This document shows positions 45,159 through 55,682 of a stretch of DNA of 64,000 nt, one piece after another. Numbering within the stretch: position 1 is the first letter of the stretch; each line of letters opens with the position of its first letter. Below the pieces are notes generated by a model. The model was not told the DNA's origin. It was given only the letters and a program-made list of their open reading frames with translations, and searched no databases. Source of the DNA: a virus; IMG/VR virus record IMGVR_UViG_3300038299_000184, positions 1-64,000 of that record, one strand, 5' to 3'. A program made the translations under genes and the position numbers.

Positions 45159-45685
45159 TCCTTAACTGCCTCATCAACAATATCGACCACATTACCTGCT
45201 TCGATATCCTTCATTCGTTTAATAAATTCATCGGGACTACCCACGAAGGTGTTATTATTCTGGGTAAGGTTTTTAACATTTGATAAAGCCTTACCTTCAT
45301 TCTTCTTATCCTCAATGGCTAGTCGGTGCTCTTGTTGAGTAGCCATCTTACGTTGATCAATTTCTTCCTTAAGTTTTAGGTTACGTCTAGTTTCAATAAA
45401 CTTAAGTGCTTTAATGGTGTTGTCAGTAGACTGTGCGAAACCCATCATAGTTCCCTCATAGTTATCACCAGACTTAATACGTGTGCTCAATTCATGAGCA
45501 ACCTCACCACAACTCTCTAGGAGCATAGCAACACCAGCCATTAGGCGGTTTTCAAAATCCTCTTCAGCAATCGGCGCTAGTTGTACAATGTCTTCTTTGG
45601 CTTTGGTGCCAAAATTAACATCACAACTTTCCTCTAGTTCGTCCATGAACCCCTTCAAATCATCCTCTCCATCTTCTCTTGACAT
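45155..45685 (-). CDS. terminase small subunit (gp16-like)
   Basis: C-terminal NNNTFVGSPDEF, typical of T4-like gp16. Confidence 0.6.
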   Translation of the reverse strand: MSREDGEDDLKGFMDELEESCDVNFGTKAKEDIVQLAPIAEEDFENRLMAGVAMLLESCGEVAHELSTRIKSGDNYEGTMMGFAQSTDNTIKALKFIETRRNLKLKEEIDQRKMATQQEHRLAIEDKKNEGKALSNVKNLTQNNNTFVGSPDEFIKRMKDIEAGNVVDIVDEAVKD

Positions 45686-45717
45686 AATCGTTTATTTGAA
45701 TATAATTATACACCAAC

Positions 45718-46158
45718 ATGGCTAATCACAAGAAAAACATCATATTCCTAGATTTCGATGGGGTTATTAGGGTACAAATGAAAGAGGGTCACCAGATTGA
45801 CAAGTTTGAGTTCTGTCCAGATCGTGTAAATACACTAGCAGCTATATGTAAAATGTTCGATGCTAAGATCGTATTGAGTACCGACTGGCGACAACACCCG
45901 AAAGTATTCGATTTTATACCTAGATTAATACCCTATATACATGAAGATTCTAAAACATTGGTTAAGGGTCATAGGTGGGAAGAGGTGTTTGATTGGTTAT
46001 CGTCCCATCCAGACACCGACAACTATGCGATTCTAGAGGATTTGGATGTACACTTCGAGGATGCACCCCAGATGATGAAGGATAGGATTGTGTGGTGTGA
46101 TTCCGTGACGGGTATTGATAAGGAAGGTTTTGCCAAATTGACTGACCTGCTAATCTAG
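45718..46158 (+). CDS. HAD phosphatase (RNA-repair type)
   Basis: IIFLDFDGV, IVLSTDWR, YAILED. Confidence 0.8.
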   Translation: MANHKKNIIFLDFDGVIRVQMKEGHQIDKFEFCPDRVNTLAAICKMFDAKIVLSTDWRQHPKVFDFIPRLIPYIHEDSKTLVKGHRWEEVFDWLSSHPDTDNYAILEDLDVHFEDAPQMMKDRIVWCDSVTGIDKEGFAKLTDLLI

Positions 46159-46437
46159 TATTGACCACATCGGAATTTATAGTAAGGTACACACATGGCT
46201 AAATTAACTATCGACGAAACTGAAAAGAAGTTGACCGAATTGGGTTCAGAGTGTGTAGGCGAACCCAATAACAAAGTTGCTAGGGCGCGACTCATGAAAA
46301 ATATCAATACCTTACTCGATGAGTGGAAAATACAAAAGGGTGCCTAGGCAAACAATAATAAGAATTCTGAAATATTATAAACCCTATCTTGACAAACCAT
46401 AGTAAACCTCTACAATAGCGACACCACTAAATAAATT

Positions 46438-47910
46438 ATGAAATTTATATTACCACTCCAGACAGACCAGTACAAGATGAATGGTCACTTCCGCATGTTA
46501 CCAGATGACGTTGAAACTGTTTATTCATACATGGAAGCCCGTAATGGTGCTGCATATGATGCAACTACATTCTTCGGTCTCCAGTACTACATCAAACGTT
46601 ATCTCCTTCCAGTTATTACTAAGGAAGATTTAGACTTCGCTGAGAAGTTCGCTAAACAGACGAACTTCCACGACAAACCTTTCAACCGCGAAGGTTGGGA
46701 TTACATCGTGAACGAACTTGGTGGTAAGCTACCTATTCGTATCAAAGCAGTTAAAGAAGGCACCACAGTTCCTACGGGTAATGTTTTGATGACCATCGAG
46801 AACACTGATGATAAGTGTGCATGGTTGACTAACTATATCGAAACACTGCTCATGAAGTTGTGGTACCCGCTCACAGTGGCATACCGTAGTAATCAGACAT
46901 CTGAATATCTTATGCAGGGGTTTGATGAATCATCTGACATGCCACGAGAGGTTGCTAAACACCTATACATAGATTTTGGATATCGTGGCGTGACTTCTGA
47001 AGAGCAAGCCGCTATCGGTGGCGCTGCACACATTCTATCTAACTATGGTAGTGATACAAATGCAGGCACACTTCTTCTACACGAATATTACAACAACAAT
47101 GTTTGGGGTGATGTTGGAGAACTTAACTATGGCGTTCCAGCGAGTGAACACAGCATTGGTACAGCCAAGGGTGTTGATGGTGAGTTTGAATATTACCTCA
47201 AAATGCTTCAAGAATTCCCAGACGGACTACTTTCAATTGTTGCGGATTCTTACAACGTGGAACGCTTCGTTACAGAATATACCAAAGAAATGAAACCAGT
47301 TATTCTAGAGCGTTGGATGATGGGTAAGGGAGAGTTGAATAGAACAATTCTCCGTCCAGATAGTGATCGATTTGAGGGTGATACACCCTCTAAACAGATT
47401 ATATGGTTCCATGAAGAACTCGACAAGATTTTTGGACACACTGTGAACAGTAAGGGTAAGAAAGTTCTACATCCCGCAATTGGTGTGATATATTCAGACG
47501 GTATCAGCGACACTGATATTAAAAATATTATTACCGATCTAATCGATGCGGGTTGGTCTGTTGAGAACTTGGCACTTGGTCAAGGTGGTGGGTTGCTTAA
47601 TGCAGGTGATAATAATACTCGTGACACAAATCGTTTTGCTATCAAGTGTTCTGCACAGAAACAAGGTGGTAAGTGGGTTGATATTCAGAAAGATCCATTG
47701 GATAAAACCAAAAAGTCTAAGTCTGGTCGCTTGATGCTATTCAAAGACAGTAAAGGTAATTACACCACATTAAAACATGATGCACTCCCAAGTTCTATTT
47801 ATGTTGGTGTGGATAAAATGTTGAAAGACGAACTAGTAACAGTATTCGAGAATGGTGAATTGTTAGTCGAATACACTGTACAAGATGTACGAGATCAGTT
47901 AGCATTATAG
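46438..47910 (+). CDS. nadV: nicotinamide phosphoribosyltransferase
   Basis: TDQYK, FFGLQY, DFGYRG, PASEHS, VADSY, RPDS, KKSK.GRL. Confidence 0.92.
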   Translation: MKFILPLQTDQYKMNGHFRMLPDDVETVYSYMEARNGAAYDATTFFGLQYYIKRYLLPVITKEDLDFAEKFAKQTNFHDKPFNREGWDYIVNELGGKLPIRIKAVKEGTTVPTGNVLMTIENTDDKCAWLTNYIETLLMKLWYPLTVAYRSNQTSEYLMQGFDESSDMPREVAKHLYIDFGYRGVTSEEQAAIGGAAHILSNYGSDTNAGTLLLHEYYNNNVWGDVGELNYGVPASEHSIGTAKGVDGEFEYYLKMLQEFPDGLLSIVADSYNVERFVTEYTKEMKPVILERWMMGKGELNRTILRPDSDRFEGDTPSKQIIWFHEELDKIFGHTVNSKGKKVLHPAIGVIYSDGISDTDIKNIITDLIDAGWSVENLALGQGGGLLNAGDNNTRDTNRFAIKCSAQKQGGKWVDIQKDPLDKTKKSKSGRLMLFKDSKGNYTTLKHDALPSSIYVGVDKMLKDELVTVFENGELLVEYTVQDVRDQLAL

Positions 47911-47911
47911 A

Positions 47912-48754
47912 ATGAAAATTTGTCTGATAAACGACACCACCAGTTGTCATGCTGGTAGCAGTAAGGTAATGGATAACATTAGAAGTTACCTTACTGCTCA
48001 TGAGATCATATATACCGTCCCAGTGATTGATCGTAAATTTATCGACGAATGTGATTTAGTTGTGGTGAATGCTGAAGGTAGTATCCACCACAACTCCCCG
48101 TGGGGTATCACAATTCTTCGCGTGTTAGCATACGCACAACTTAAAGGCAAGAAAACATATCTACTCAATGCACTCTATGAGAAGATGGATAGTAGATTTA
48201 ATCACATTATTGCTGGTTGTGATGTTGTTATGGCTAGGGAGTTATACAGTGCTCAAGTACTAACACAACTAAACCCCAACACCGAATTATTTCCCGACTT
48301 CTGTGTACTCAACCCAGTAGTTGTGGATGGTATTAGGGGTATTAATGGTGGTATTTATAAAACCCAAACACACCATGCAGCAGTGTATAGGAATTGCTTC
48401 CAAACTCTAAATTATGACAACTGTTCTATAGGTAAGAAATACTCATTCGATCAGTATGTTGCCACATATAAGAACATCGATATCCTTCTAACAGGTCAAC
48501 ACCACGCAGTATATGCTGCTATGTTAGCTGGCACACCATTCATTCCAACATTCGGTAATTCACATAATATAGAATCATTCCTTGACTGGATGGAAATTCC
48601 TGTTATGATGTGTGCTACACCAAAACAAGTTAAAGATGAAATTGTCATGATTGAAGGAGGGTTTTATAAAAACCGTTTTGAAAAGGCACAATCGAAACTA
48701 ATGTCATTGACAAACAAACTCGACATAAGACTAAAGGAAATATTTGATGTTTAA
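47912..48754 (+). CDS. polysaccharide pyruvyltransferase-like protein
   Basis: VVNAEGSIHH, ARE..S, PD, TGQHHA...AMLAGTPF. Confidence 0.7.
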   Translation: MKICLINDTTSCHAGSSKVMDNIRSYLTAHEIIYTVPVIDRKFIDECDLVVVNAEGSIHHNSPWGITILRVLAYAQLKGKKTYLLNALYEKMDSRFNHIIAGCDVVMARELYSAQVLTQLNPNTELFPDFCVLNPVVVDGIRGINGGIYKTQTHHAAVYRNCFQTLNYDNCSIGKKYSFDQYVATYKNIDILLTGQHHAVYAAMLAGTPFIPTFGNSHNIESFLDWMEIPVMMCATPKQVKDEIVMIEGGFYKNRFEKAQSKLMSLTNKLDIRLKEIFDV

Positions 48755-49301
48755 AGAAAACTATTGTGTTGTGGGTAACGCACCCTCAGAGGTTGGTAAA
48801 GGAAATGGAGAAATTATTGATGCTTGTGAGCAAATATTTCGTTTTAACAATTTCGTTACCTCTGATGACTACCAAAACGATTATGGATTATCCACAACAC
48901 ACTGGGTCACGACATTTGCAAGAGATATTAAACCTAAACTACAACCATACCAAGTGGTGTGCCCCCTACCACTTCACATACCCAAATATCTAAAACGCTA
49001 TTCATACACAAACGTAGATAAATTAAGAGGTCATCTAGGAACCGCAGAATTTATACCCGTAGAATACTTCGAAGAATTACTAACAATCGTTCCAAACCCT
49101 AGTACAGGCATTTCACTCTTGTTCTGGATGTGGAAGGAGTTGGGTACATTGGACGAAGACCGAGTCAAGGGGTTCACATTCTTTGACAAGTCCCAGAAGC
49201 ACCACTATTTTGACGAGCATAAAGCTTGTATGCATAAAGGTGATCTGGAGAAGGCACTATACCTCAAAATGATCAATGGAGATACCACAAAAATATTATG
49301 A
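48744..49301 (+). CDS. GT29 (sialyltransferase)-like protein
   Basis: CVVGNAP...ID....FRFN (L-motif-like), PSTG (S-motif-like), HYF...H...E. Confidence 0.7.
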   Translation: MMFKENYCVVGNAPSEVGKGNGEIIDACEQIFRFNNFVTSDDYQNDYGLSTTHWVTTFARDIKPKLQPYQVVCPLPLHIPKYLKRYSYTNVDKLRGHLGTAEFIPVEYFEELLTIVPNPSTGISLLFWMWKELGTLDEDRVKGFTFFDKSQKHHYFDEHKACMHKGDLEKALYLKMINGDTTKIL

Positions 49302-49684
49302 CCCTAAAACCTTCGAACCACTACTATGTCCGTGGTGTGAGTGTGATAATCTAGGGGAGGTTGTTACTGACACTATTGATTATACACCCTGTGAGAAGGA
49401 TATTATCTGCACAAATTGTGAAAGGGTTGTTAGTGCGTGGGCTTATGGTCATTACGACATAGAAGCATTTATAAACGTAGACAAAGGTAAAAAATATGAT
49501 TAATACAATAATAAAGCTAGTATGTGTACTAACGGTGTGTATGTTATACACATCTTGTAAGGATAATATAGATACACTACAAACCCTTCATTATGAGGGA
49601 CACTTATTCATATTATATGATGGTGGTTCATATGCTGGTGGTATTATCCACCACCCCAACTGTTGTAAGGACAACGAATAAACG

Positions 49685-50161
49685 ATGAAACATGAAATTA
49701 CAGTTACAGGCACTATCCGTGAAGACGCAACGGGTGTTCGTATTGTGTTTTCTGAAGATCTACACAAGCTACTAAACTGGCACCTACTAAAGGCTACTGG
49801 TAAGGTTATGATCACACCACTTTATGGTTCTAAGATCAGCCTATACAACCCTAACGCACATTCTATTGAGCCAGACAGAAGGGCTATGAGGAGATTGAAT
49901 GGAAAACGTGTGAACGTAGTCCTAGATATATCTAAAGCTCGCCTACGGCAGTCTGTGAAGGGTTACTGGGTATATTTCCTACAGGTAGATTGCCCAGTCG
50001 TTAACGATATCATCGAACAACTTGGTGTCGGGGATAACTTCTATGGTATGCACCAACCACACACTTCTATTGCTAATGGTAAGTACTTTACACAAGGTAT
50101 GCGCTACACTGTAGAGGACGGCTTCAAGCCTGTTGGAAAAATAAAGAAGAAAGGTCGTTGA
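49685..50161 (+). CDS. possible divergent 2H phosphoesterase
   Basis: PHTSI motif; the first Hx(S/T) motif appears degenerate (KIS). Confidence 0.3.
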   Translation: MKHEITVTGTIREDATGVRIVFSEDLHKLLNWHLLKATGKVMITPLYGSKISLYNPNAHSIEPDRRAMRRLNGKRVNVVLDISKARLRQSVKGYWVYFLQVDCPVVNDIIEQLGVGDNFYGMHQPHTSIANGKYFTQGMRYTVEDGFKPVGKIKKKGR

Positions 50162-50194
50162 CTTTATTCTGCGGTTGTGTATGTTTCTAGGCAC

Positions 50195-50890
50195 ATGAAT
50201 AAATTACTTAAATTCCCAAAAGCACAGTTCCCAAAACTTGTGTTCCTCTCTGATATGCACTACACACATGACCGTGAATTCCTTTGGGGTGATCGAGGTT
50301 TTTCTAGTGTTGAAGAGCACGATGCATTTCTAATCGAAAACTGGCATAAGCACATCGATGAAGACACAGTTGTTTTCAATCTTGGTGACGTTGTATTTCG
50401 TGATCCAGATGCAAAGAAGTTCGAGTTCATCTCCAATCTTCCATGCAAGTCTCACTACATGCTTTTTGGGAACCATAATTCGGGATCTAAAGAGGTGTAC
50501 AAGGCTAAGGTAAAATCAATCCTTGGTGACCAGATGGGTGAAGATTTCGAACTGTACCCAGTGCCTCACAACAACGTGATTTTCTGCGGCGAAGATCTAG
50601 TTATTCGTGTTGGTAAGAAGGAGATTCATATGAGCCACTTCCCTAAACGTATATGGGATCACATGGCGGGGTATGGTAAAAGCATACACCTCAGTGGTCA
50701 TAGCCACGGCAGCGATGAGGAGCGCAATGTTGCATCCACTAAGGGTAGATGTCTTGATGTAGGTGTCGAGAATGCATTGAAACATTCTGGCAACATCTTC
50801 TTCACCTATGATGAAATTATTGATATCATGGAGACAAAGGTTGTTCAACAACTTGACCACCACGATGAAAATACCGCACCATCTAGGTAA
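50195..50890 (+). CDS. calcineurin-like metallophosphoesterase
   Basis: SDMH, LGD, GNH, SHFP, GHSH, DVGV. Confidence 0.88.
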   Translation: MNKLLKFPKAQFPKLVFLSDMHYTHDREFLWGDRGFSSVEEHDAFLIENWHKHIDEDTVVFNLGDVVFRDPDAKKFEFISNLPCKSHYMLFGNHNSGSKEVYKAKVKSILGDQMGEDFELYPVPHNNVIFCGEDLVIRVGKKEIHMSHFPKRIWDHMAGYGKSIHLSGHSHGSDEERNVASTKGRCLDVGVENALKHSGNIFFTYDEIIDIMETKVVQQLDHHDENTAPSR

Positions 50891-52001
50891 CGCATATTAA
50901 CGATTTCTCAAACTTTCTAGGTAAGTAGTTTGAGAAATCGTCGGTGTATACATATTCTTGTATAAGTCGTAGATTATTCAATCCTGTAACTCTAATGATA
51001 GAGTGTCTGTGATTTCCTTGTACCCTATTGATTACACTATATTTGATATCCAATTTATCGAACATACTACATATTGGAGACCAGTCATATTCATAAGCCG
51101 CACATATAGAGAATTGTCTTGTAGTATACTTTTGATTCCAGTACCAGCACCCATCAGCATCTATAAGCCCCAGTAAGAACGTATTATACATATTTGGTGG
51201 TATATTATTAAGTATACCACCACACCCAACGCTACTTTTTAATTGGTAATCATTATCACACAGAAATTTATTGAAACTAAAATCGGTTATAGTTATACAT
51301 ACCTGCCGTTTCCTATTAGACCTTTGGCGTTCATAACTGCTATAAGACAAACCCTCTAAATCTAATATATTAAATAAGTGGGGGGCATCAGCCGCAACAA
51401 TTTCAATTTTCGAGTATGTACAAGAACGAGCGTTTTTATGTTCATACATATACCCGTCACCCCAAATAAATCCTAATAAATAACATATATTAGAGTTCAA
51501 TAATGGTGGTGTATATACAGGGTGTGTGTAATTATCAACCCTCTTACACTTTTTAAATTCTTTAGACATTTTAACCCCGAGTTTACCAGCCTTTGCCGAT
51601 ATCTGGCCAATTGTAAACCCGTTCAATTTATCAACACAACCCTCAGCACCTATTTGAGGGTAATGTTCCTTTATGATAGTTACATCAGATTTAGAAAAGG
51701 ATGCAAATCCTCTAGTTAGCCCCAAACTGTTAGCCTTCTTTCCTATCTGTGAAACACTATGTAGGGGTAGTAGCTGTGAACAACCTTGAGAACCTAGTGT
51801 TTGGTAAAACTCCTGTAAAATGTTAATATCGCCATCTGAAAACACCTCCTCTGTATCCCTGTATAACCCCATCTTAACAACCTTCTTTCTAATTTGTGAT
51901 AATGACAAATGTGGTAGTAGCTCCACACACCCACCAGCACCCATTGTTGGGTAGTTTTTGGTTAGAGTATCTTTATCATGTTGGGTATAGGTATATCTCA
52001 T
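50883..52001 (-). CDS. LAGLIDADG homing endonuclease with N-terminal HTH-like repeats
   Basis: YLLGFIWGDG and FLLGLIDADG; three ~45-aa repeats. Confidence 0.85.
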   Translation of the reverse strand: MRYTYTQHDKDTLTKNYPTMGAGGCVELLPHLSLSQIRKKVVKMGLYRDTEEVFSDGDINILQEFYQTLGSQGCSQLLPLHSVSQIGKKANSLGLTRGFASFSKSDVTIIKEHYPQIGAEGCVDKLNGFTIGQISAKAGKLGVKMSKEFKKCKRVDNYTHPVYTPPLLNSNICYLLGFIWGDGYMYEHKNARSCTYSKIEIVAADAPHLFNILDLEGLSYSSYERQRSNRKRQVCITITDFSFNKFLCDNDYQLKSSVGCGGILNNIPPNMYNTFLLGLIDADGCWYWNQKYTTRQFSICAAYEYDWSPICSMFDKLDIKYSVINRVQGNHRHSIIRVTGLNNLRLIQEYVYTDDFSNYLPRKFEKSLICVT

Positions 52002-52379
52002 AAGAGTAATTAGTAACTTTGTGGCACTATACAAGAAATAACGTAAAATAGTTATTTACATTATTTCAGTTTATGGCATGGTTACAACAACATACAGAAC
52101 AACTTCAATCTCACGATAATATGAATACAGATACTAAGTCACAAATCAACAACACCCTAAAGCAGCTAGACTACCAAGTATACCGCTTGATGGGTGATCG
52201 ACATAAGCAATACAGGCAGGACTTTATGACTTTAATCACGGGTAATAAACTACCTAAAGCCAAGTGCGGTATTAATGCACTAGAATATGCTCTTATCGAA
52301 CTAGCTGGTATTGATGTACTCGCGATTAGTAAGTTCGAGATCCCAGAGAAATTAAAGAACCACTTCAACCAATAAATTT

Positions 52380-53540
52380 ATGTACCATTCAATCACCAAG
52401 TTTAATACTACTGAGGGTAATCTAGACTTTGACAGACTCGTCAAAGAACTACAGGACAACGTAGATCTAGGATTCATCAATATGAAGACTAAGGGCGACC
52501 TAACTCTTTATGATTATTCCAAGAGCTGTACATATGAGCGAGCATGGAACGATGCTACTCGTATCGCTCGTGGTCTGGTTCTGGACATCCCTAACAAAGA
52601 AGTTGTGGCTCTTCCTTTCGAGAAGTTCTACAACCAAGGGGATGAACACGAACTCAATGGTCTCGAACTTGGTGATTTTTGTAAAGGAGGTTTCTTCGAA
52701 AAGATGGATGGATCTTGTGTCATCATTTACTTCTATAATGGGGAGTGGTGTGTTAACACCCGTGGCTCATTCGACTCTGATCAAGCTATCAAGGGTAAGG
52801 AATTACTTGACTCACAAATCGATACACAGCTCCTTATGAAGGGTGTAACATACATTTGTGAAGTAATTTATAAAGATAACAAAATTGTTGTAAATTACGG
52901 TGATCGCGAAGGTCTGGTACTCACTGGTAAATATTACTCTAAAGGTGATAGTGATATCTTCCACTTTGGTGAGGAATGTCTAACTGACCCACAATGTGTT
53001 AAAATTTTCTGTGAACTATTAGGGTTTCAACAACCACAAGTTCACTACTTCGGAAGTATTGAACAAGCGAAAGCTGCAACTGATTCGTTCACCAAGGATG
53101 AAGAAGGTTTTGTATACCGCTCTGGTAACGGAGTCCGTGTTAAGATCAAGGGTGATGAGTACTGTCGAGTTCATGGTTTGATCTCATATCATACACCACT
53201 GTTTCTATGGCGTGAATTCGTAGAGGGGGGTCACCAAGGTTGTCAAGAACGTAAGAAGGATATCCCAGAGGAATTATGGGATGAATTAGAAGAATGGCTT
53301 GACATCTTCGAGAAAAACCACCAGTATGTAGTTGAACAGGTTAAGGAACAGGCTAAAATCTTCGCACATCTGAGCAACAAAGAATTAGGTCTTGAAATGT
53401 CTGATATTAAACAGACTCACAAAGGTCTATTCTTCTCGCTCCGAAATGACAAACAATTCGGTACAATCAACTCCACGTCACACAGAACAATCTGTAACAT
53501 GTTCGAACCAACCAACAACACCATTAAGGAGTTATACTAA
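52380..53540 (+). CDS. RNA ligase 1 (T4 Rnl1-like)
   Basis: ARGLV, PFEKFYN, EKMDGS, EGFV, RVKIK. Confidence 0.9.
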   Translation: MYHSITKFNTTEGNLDFDRLVKELQDNVDLGFINMKTKGDLTLYDYSKSCTYERAWNDATRIARGLVLDIPNKEVVALPFEKFYNQGDEHELNGLELGDFCKGGFFEKMDGSCVIIYFYNGEWCVNTRGSFDSDQAIKGKELLDSQIDTQLLMKGVTYICEVIYKDNKIVVNYGDREGLVLTGKYYSKGDSDIFHFGEECLTDPQCVKIFCELLGFQQPQVHYFGSIEQAKAATDSFTKDEEGFVYRSGNGVRVKIKGDEYCRVHGLISYHTPLFLWREFVEGGHQGCQERKKDIPEELWDELEEWLDIFEKNHQYVVEQVKEQAKIFAHLSNKELGLEMSDIKQTHKGLFFSLRNDKQFGTINSTSHRTICNMFEPTNNTIKELY

Positions 53541-53727
53541 AATGAAAACAAAATCGATAAGACCTAAGAGGTCACTCAAAGCCAAGTTAAAGAATATATG
53601 GGAGACATTCCTTATGTTTTCAATTACCGCAATATTATGTCTGGTATGTGCCACCTTAATAATTTTACCAGTATGCTGGTTTGTGCTCAAGGTATGGGCG
53701 GTATGTAAATACATCTTCAGTTAAATC

Positions 53728-54084
53728 ATGGAATATTATATTACACTACTGTTTCTATTGTTCGCAGGACATGCTCTTGCGGATTACCCACTACAAGGTG
53801 ACTTCATTGGCAAGTTCAAGAGTCGTCATGCGCCTAATCCATTTCCAGACGAATGCCACCCGTGGCTGGCACTATTGTGTGCCCACTGTCTGATACATGC
53901 AGGGGTGGTATACCTTCTAACAAAAAACCTATGGCTTGCATTAATTGAGCTAGTTCTACACTTCCTCATCGATCTAGCTAAGAATGAGAAGTTTATCAAC
54001 TTCAATATGGATCAGAGCCTACACTTCTTTTGTAAGTTCTCATACGTAGCGGCATTAGCATACATCGGATTTTTCAACCAATAA
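53728..54084 (+). CDS. DUF3307-like membrane protein
   Basis: HALADYPLQ, H..IH, H..ID..K, DQ.LH. Confidence 0.75.
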   Translation: MEYYITLLFLLFAGHALADYPLQGDFIGKFKSRHAPNPFPDECHPWLALLCAHCLIHAGVVYLLTKNLWLALIELVLHFLIDLAKNEKFINFNMDQSLHFFCKFSYVAALAYIGFFNQ

Positions 54085-54133
54085 TATTATGAGATTAGGG
54101 TGATAGGATGATTCTACCACCCTAATTATATAC

Positions 54134-54868
54134 ATGAATATATTTTATGTATATGTGTATCTAGACCAGAGGTGTAAAGGGGTGTGGGAATATGGTGATA
54201 TGGTATTTAAACACCAACCATTTTATATTGGTAAAGGATCTGTCGATAGGATGACTAAACACCTAACACCAAGCATCATGAAGCAAAATAGGTTGAAGTA
54301 TAGTAAGATGAAGAGTATTATGAACGAATTGGGTGAATATCCATTACATTACAAAGTTGCAGAGAATTTGACAGAGTGTGAGGCATTCGAAATGGAGATT
54401 GATATGATATCACATTTCGAATGTAAACTAGCGGGTGGTATATTGACAAATTTGGACATGGGCGGTACGGGTGGCTCTAAAAGACAGGATATATATGAAT
54501 ACACTATGGATGGTGTGTTAATTAACAAGTGGTGTTCCCTTACTGAAATACGGCATGAATATAGTGACACTATAGGTGATGGTGTGGGTAATATAAGCAC
54601 TGCTATAAAAAGGGGTGGGTCTGCGTATGATCGTATTTGGTCTTACACCAAATTAGATAATGTAGGTAAAAATATAAAATACCAGATGCCTATAAAATAT
54701 GAAAACATTAAAATGGTTGACATAATAACAAAGGAAGTTATAATGGTTTACGAAAGTGCCCGCCACGCACAAGAGGATTTGGGGTTTGTCAAATCATCAG
54801 TTGGTAAAATTATAGATTGTATAAATGAAAAAACAAAAACAGCGTATGGGTACAAATGGGAGTTATGA
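54134..54868 (+). CDS. GIY-YIG endonuclease with NUMOD1-like C-terminus
   Basis: FYVYVY...FYIGKG...R, LTN...GG.G, KTAYGYKW. Confidence 0.82.
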   Translation: MNIFYVYVYLDQRCKGVWEYGDMVFKHQPFYIGKGSVDRMTKHLTPSIMKQNRLKYSKMKSIMNELGEYPLHYKVAENLTECEAFEMEIDMISHFECKLAGGILTNLDMGGTGGSKRQDIYEYTMDGVLINKWCSLTEIRHEYSDTIGDGVGNISTAIKRGGSAYDRIWSYTKLDNVGKNIKYQMPIKYENIKMVDIITKEVIMVYESARHAQEDLGFVKSSVGKIIDCINEKTKTAYGYKWEL

Positions 54869-55658
54869 CGATTTTAGTGTGAGGATGAAATGGTTCGAAA
54901 AGAATAACATTAACAACGTTTTTCCGAATGGAGTTCCTATCATTGCACGGATCGACGGTAGATCATTTTCTAAGTTCACCAAGGGGCTTAGGCGACCTTA
55001 TGACGAGGATATGTCTAAGTGTATGCAAGAAACCACAAGACACCTTGTGGAGCACACAGGGGCATGTCTTGGCTACACCCAGTCGGATGAAATCTCGCTA
55101 GTTTGGTACAACACCAATTATAAGTCCGAGATCTGGTTCGGTGGTAAGATGCAGAAGATGGTTTCACAACTAGCGGCTCAAGCCACACTAGCATTCTATC
55201 GACAAGCTGTTGACCGTCTACCAGAGGGTTATGCAGAGAAGTTACCAACATTCGATGCACGAGTGTGGTGGGTTCCATCATTGGGTGAAGCTTGTAATGC
55301 TGTACTATGGCGTGTTCGTGATGCGGTTAAGAATTCTGTTGCTATGGCTGCACACGACAACTTCAGTACCAAACAACTTCACAAGAAGAATGGTAATGAG
55401 ATGCAGGAAATGTTATTCTCTGAGAAAGGTATCAACTGGAACGATTACCCAGCATTCTTTAAACGTGGTGTGTTCTATCGACGAATCAAAACCCAGAAGG
55501 CATTGACCGATCTGGAGTTGGAAGAACTACCGCCATTACACCACGCCCGACTAAACCCAGAACTGTTAGTGGAGAGGTCTTCAGTGGTTTATGACGATAC
55601 AGACTTCTCTAAGGTTGAGGATAAAGTTAAATTTCTTTTAGGTGTTGACAATGATTAG
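54846..55658 (+). CDS. Thg1-like 3'-5' polymerase / tRNA-His guanylyltransferase
   Basis: RIDGRSFSKFT, YTQSDEISL, FDARV, DAVKNS. Confidence 0.93.
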   Translation: MGTNGSYDDFSVRMKWFEKNNINNVFPNGVPIIARIDGRSFSKFTKGLRRPYDEDMSKCMQETTRHLVEHTGACLGYTQSDEISLVWYNTNYKSEIWFGGKMQKMVSQLAAQATLAFYRQAVDRLPEGYAEKLPTFDARVWWVPSLGEACNAVLWRVRDAVKNSVAMAAHDNFSTKQLHKKNGNEMQEMLFSEKGINWNDYPAFFKRGVFYRRIKTQKALTDLELEELPPLHHARLNPELLVERSSVVYDDTDFSKVEDKVKFLLGVDND

Positions 55659-55682
55659 AAATCTGATTAAGTTACCCATCTA

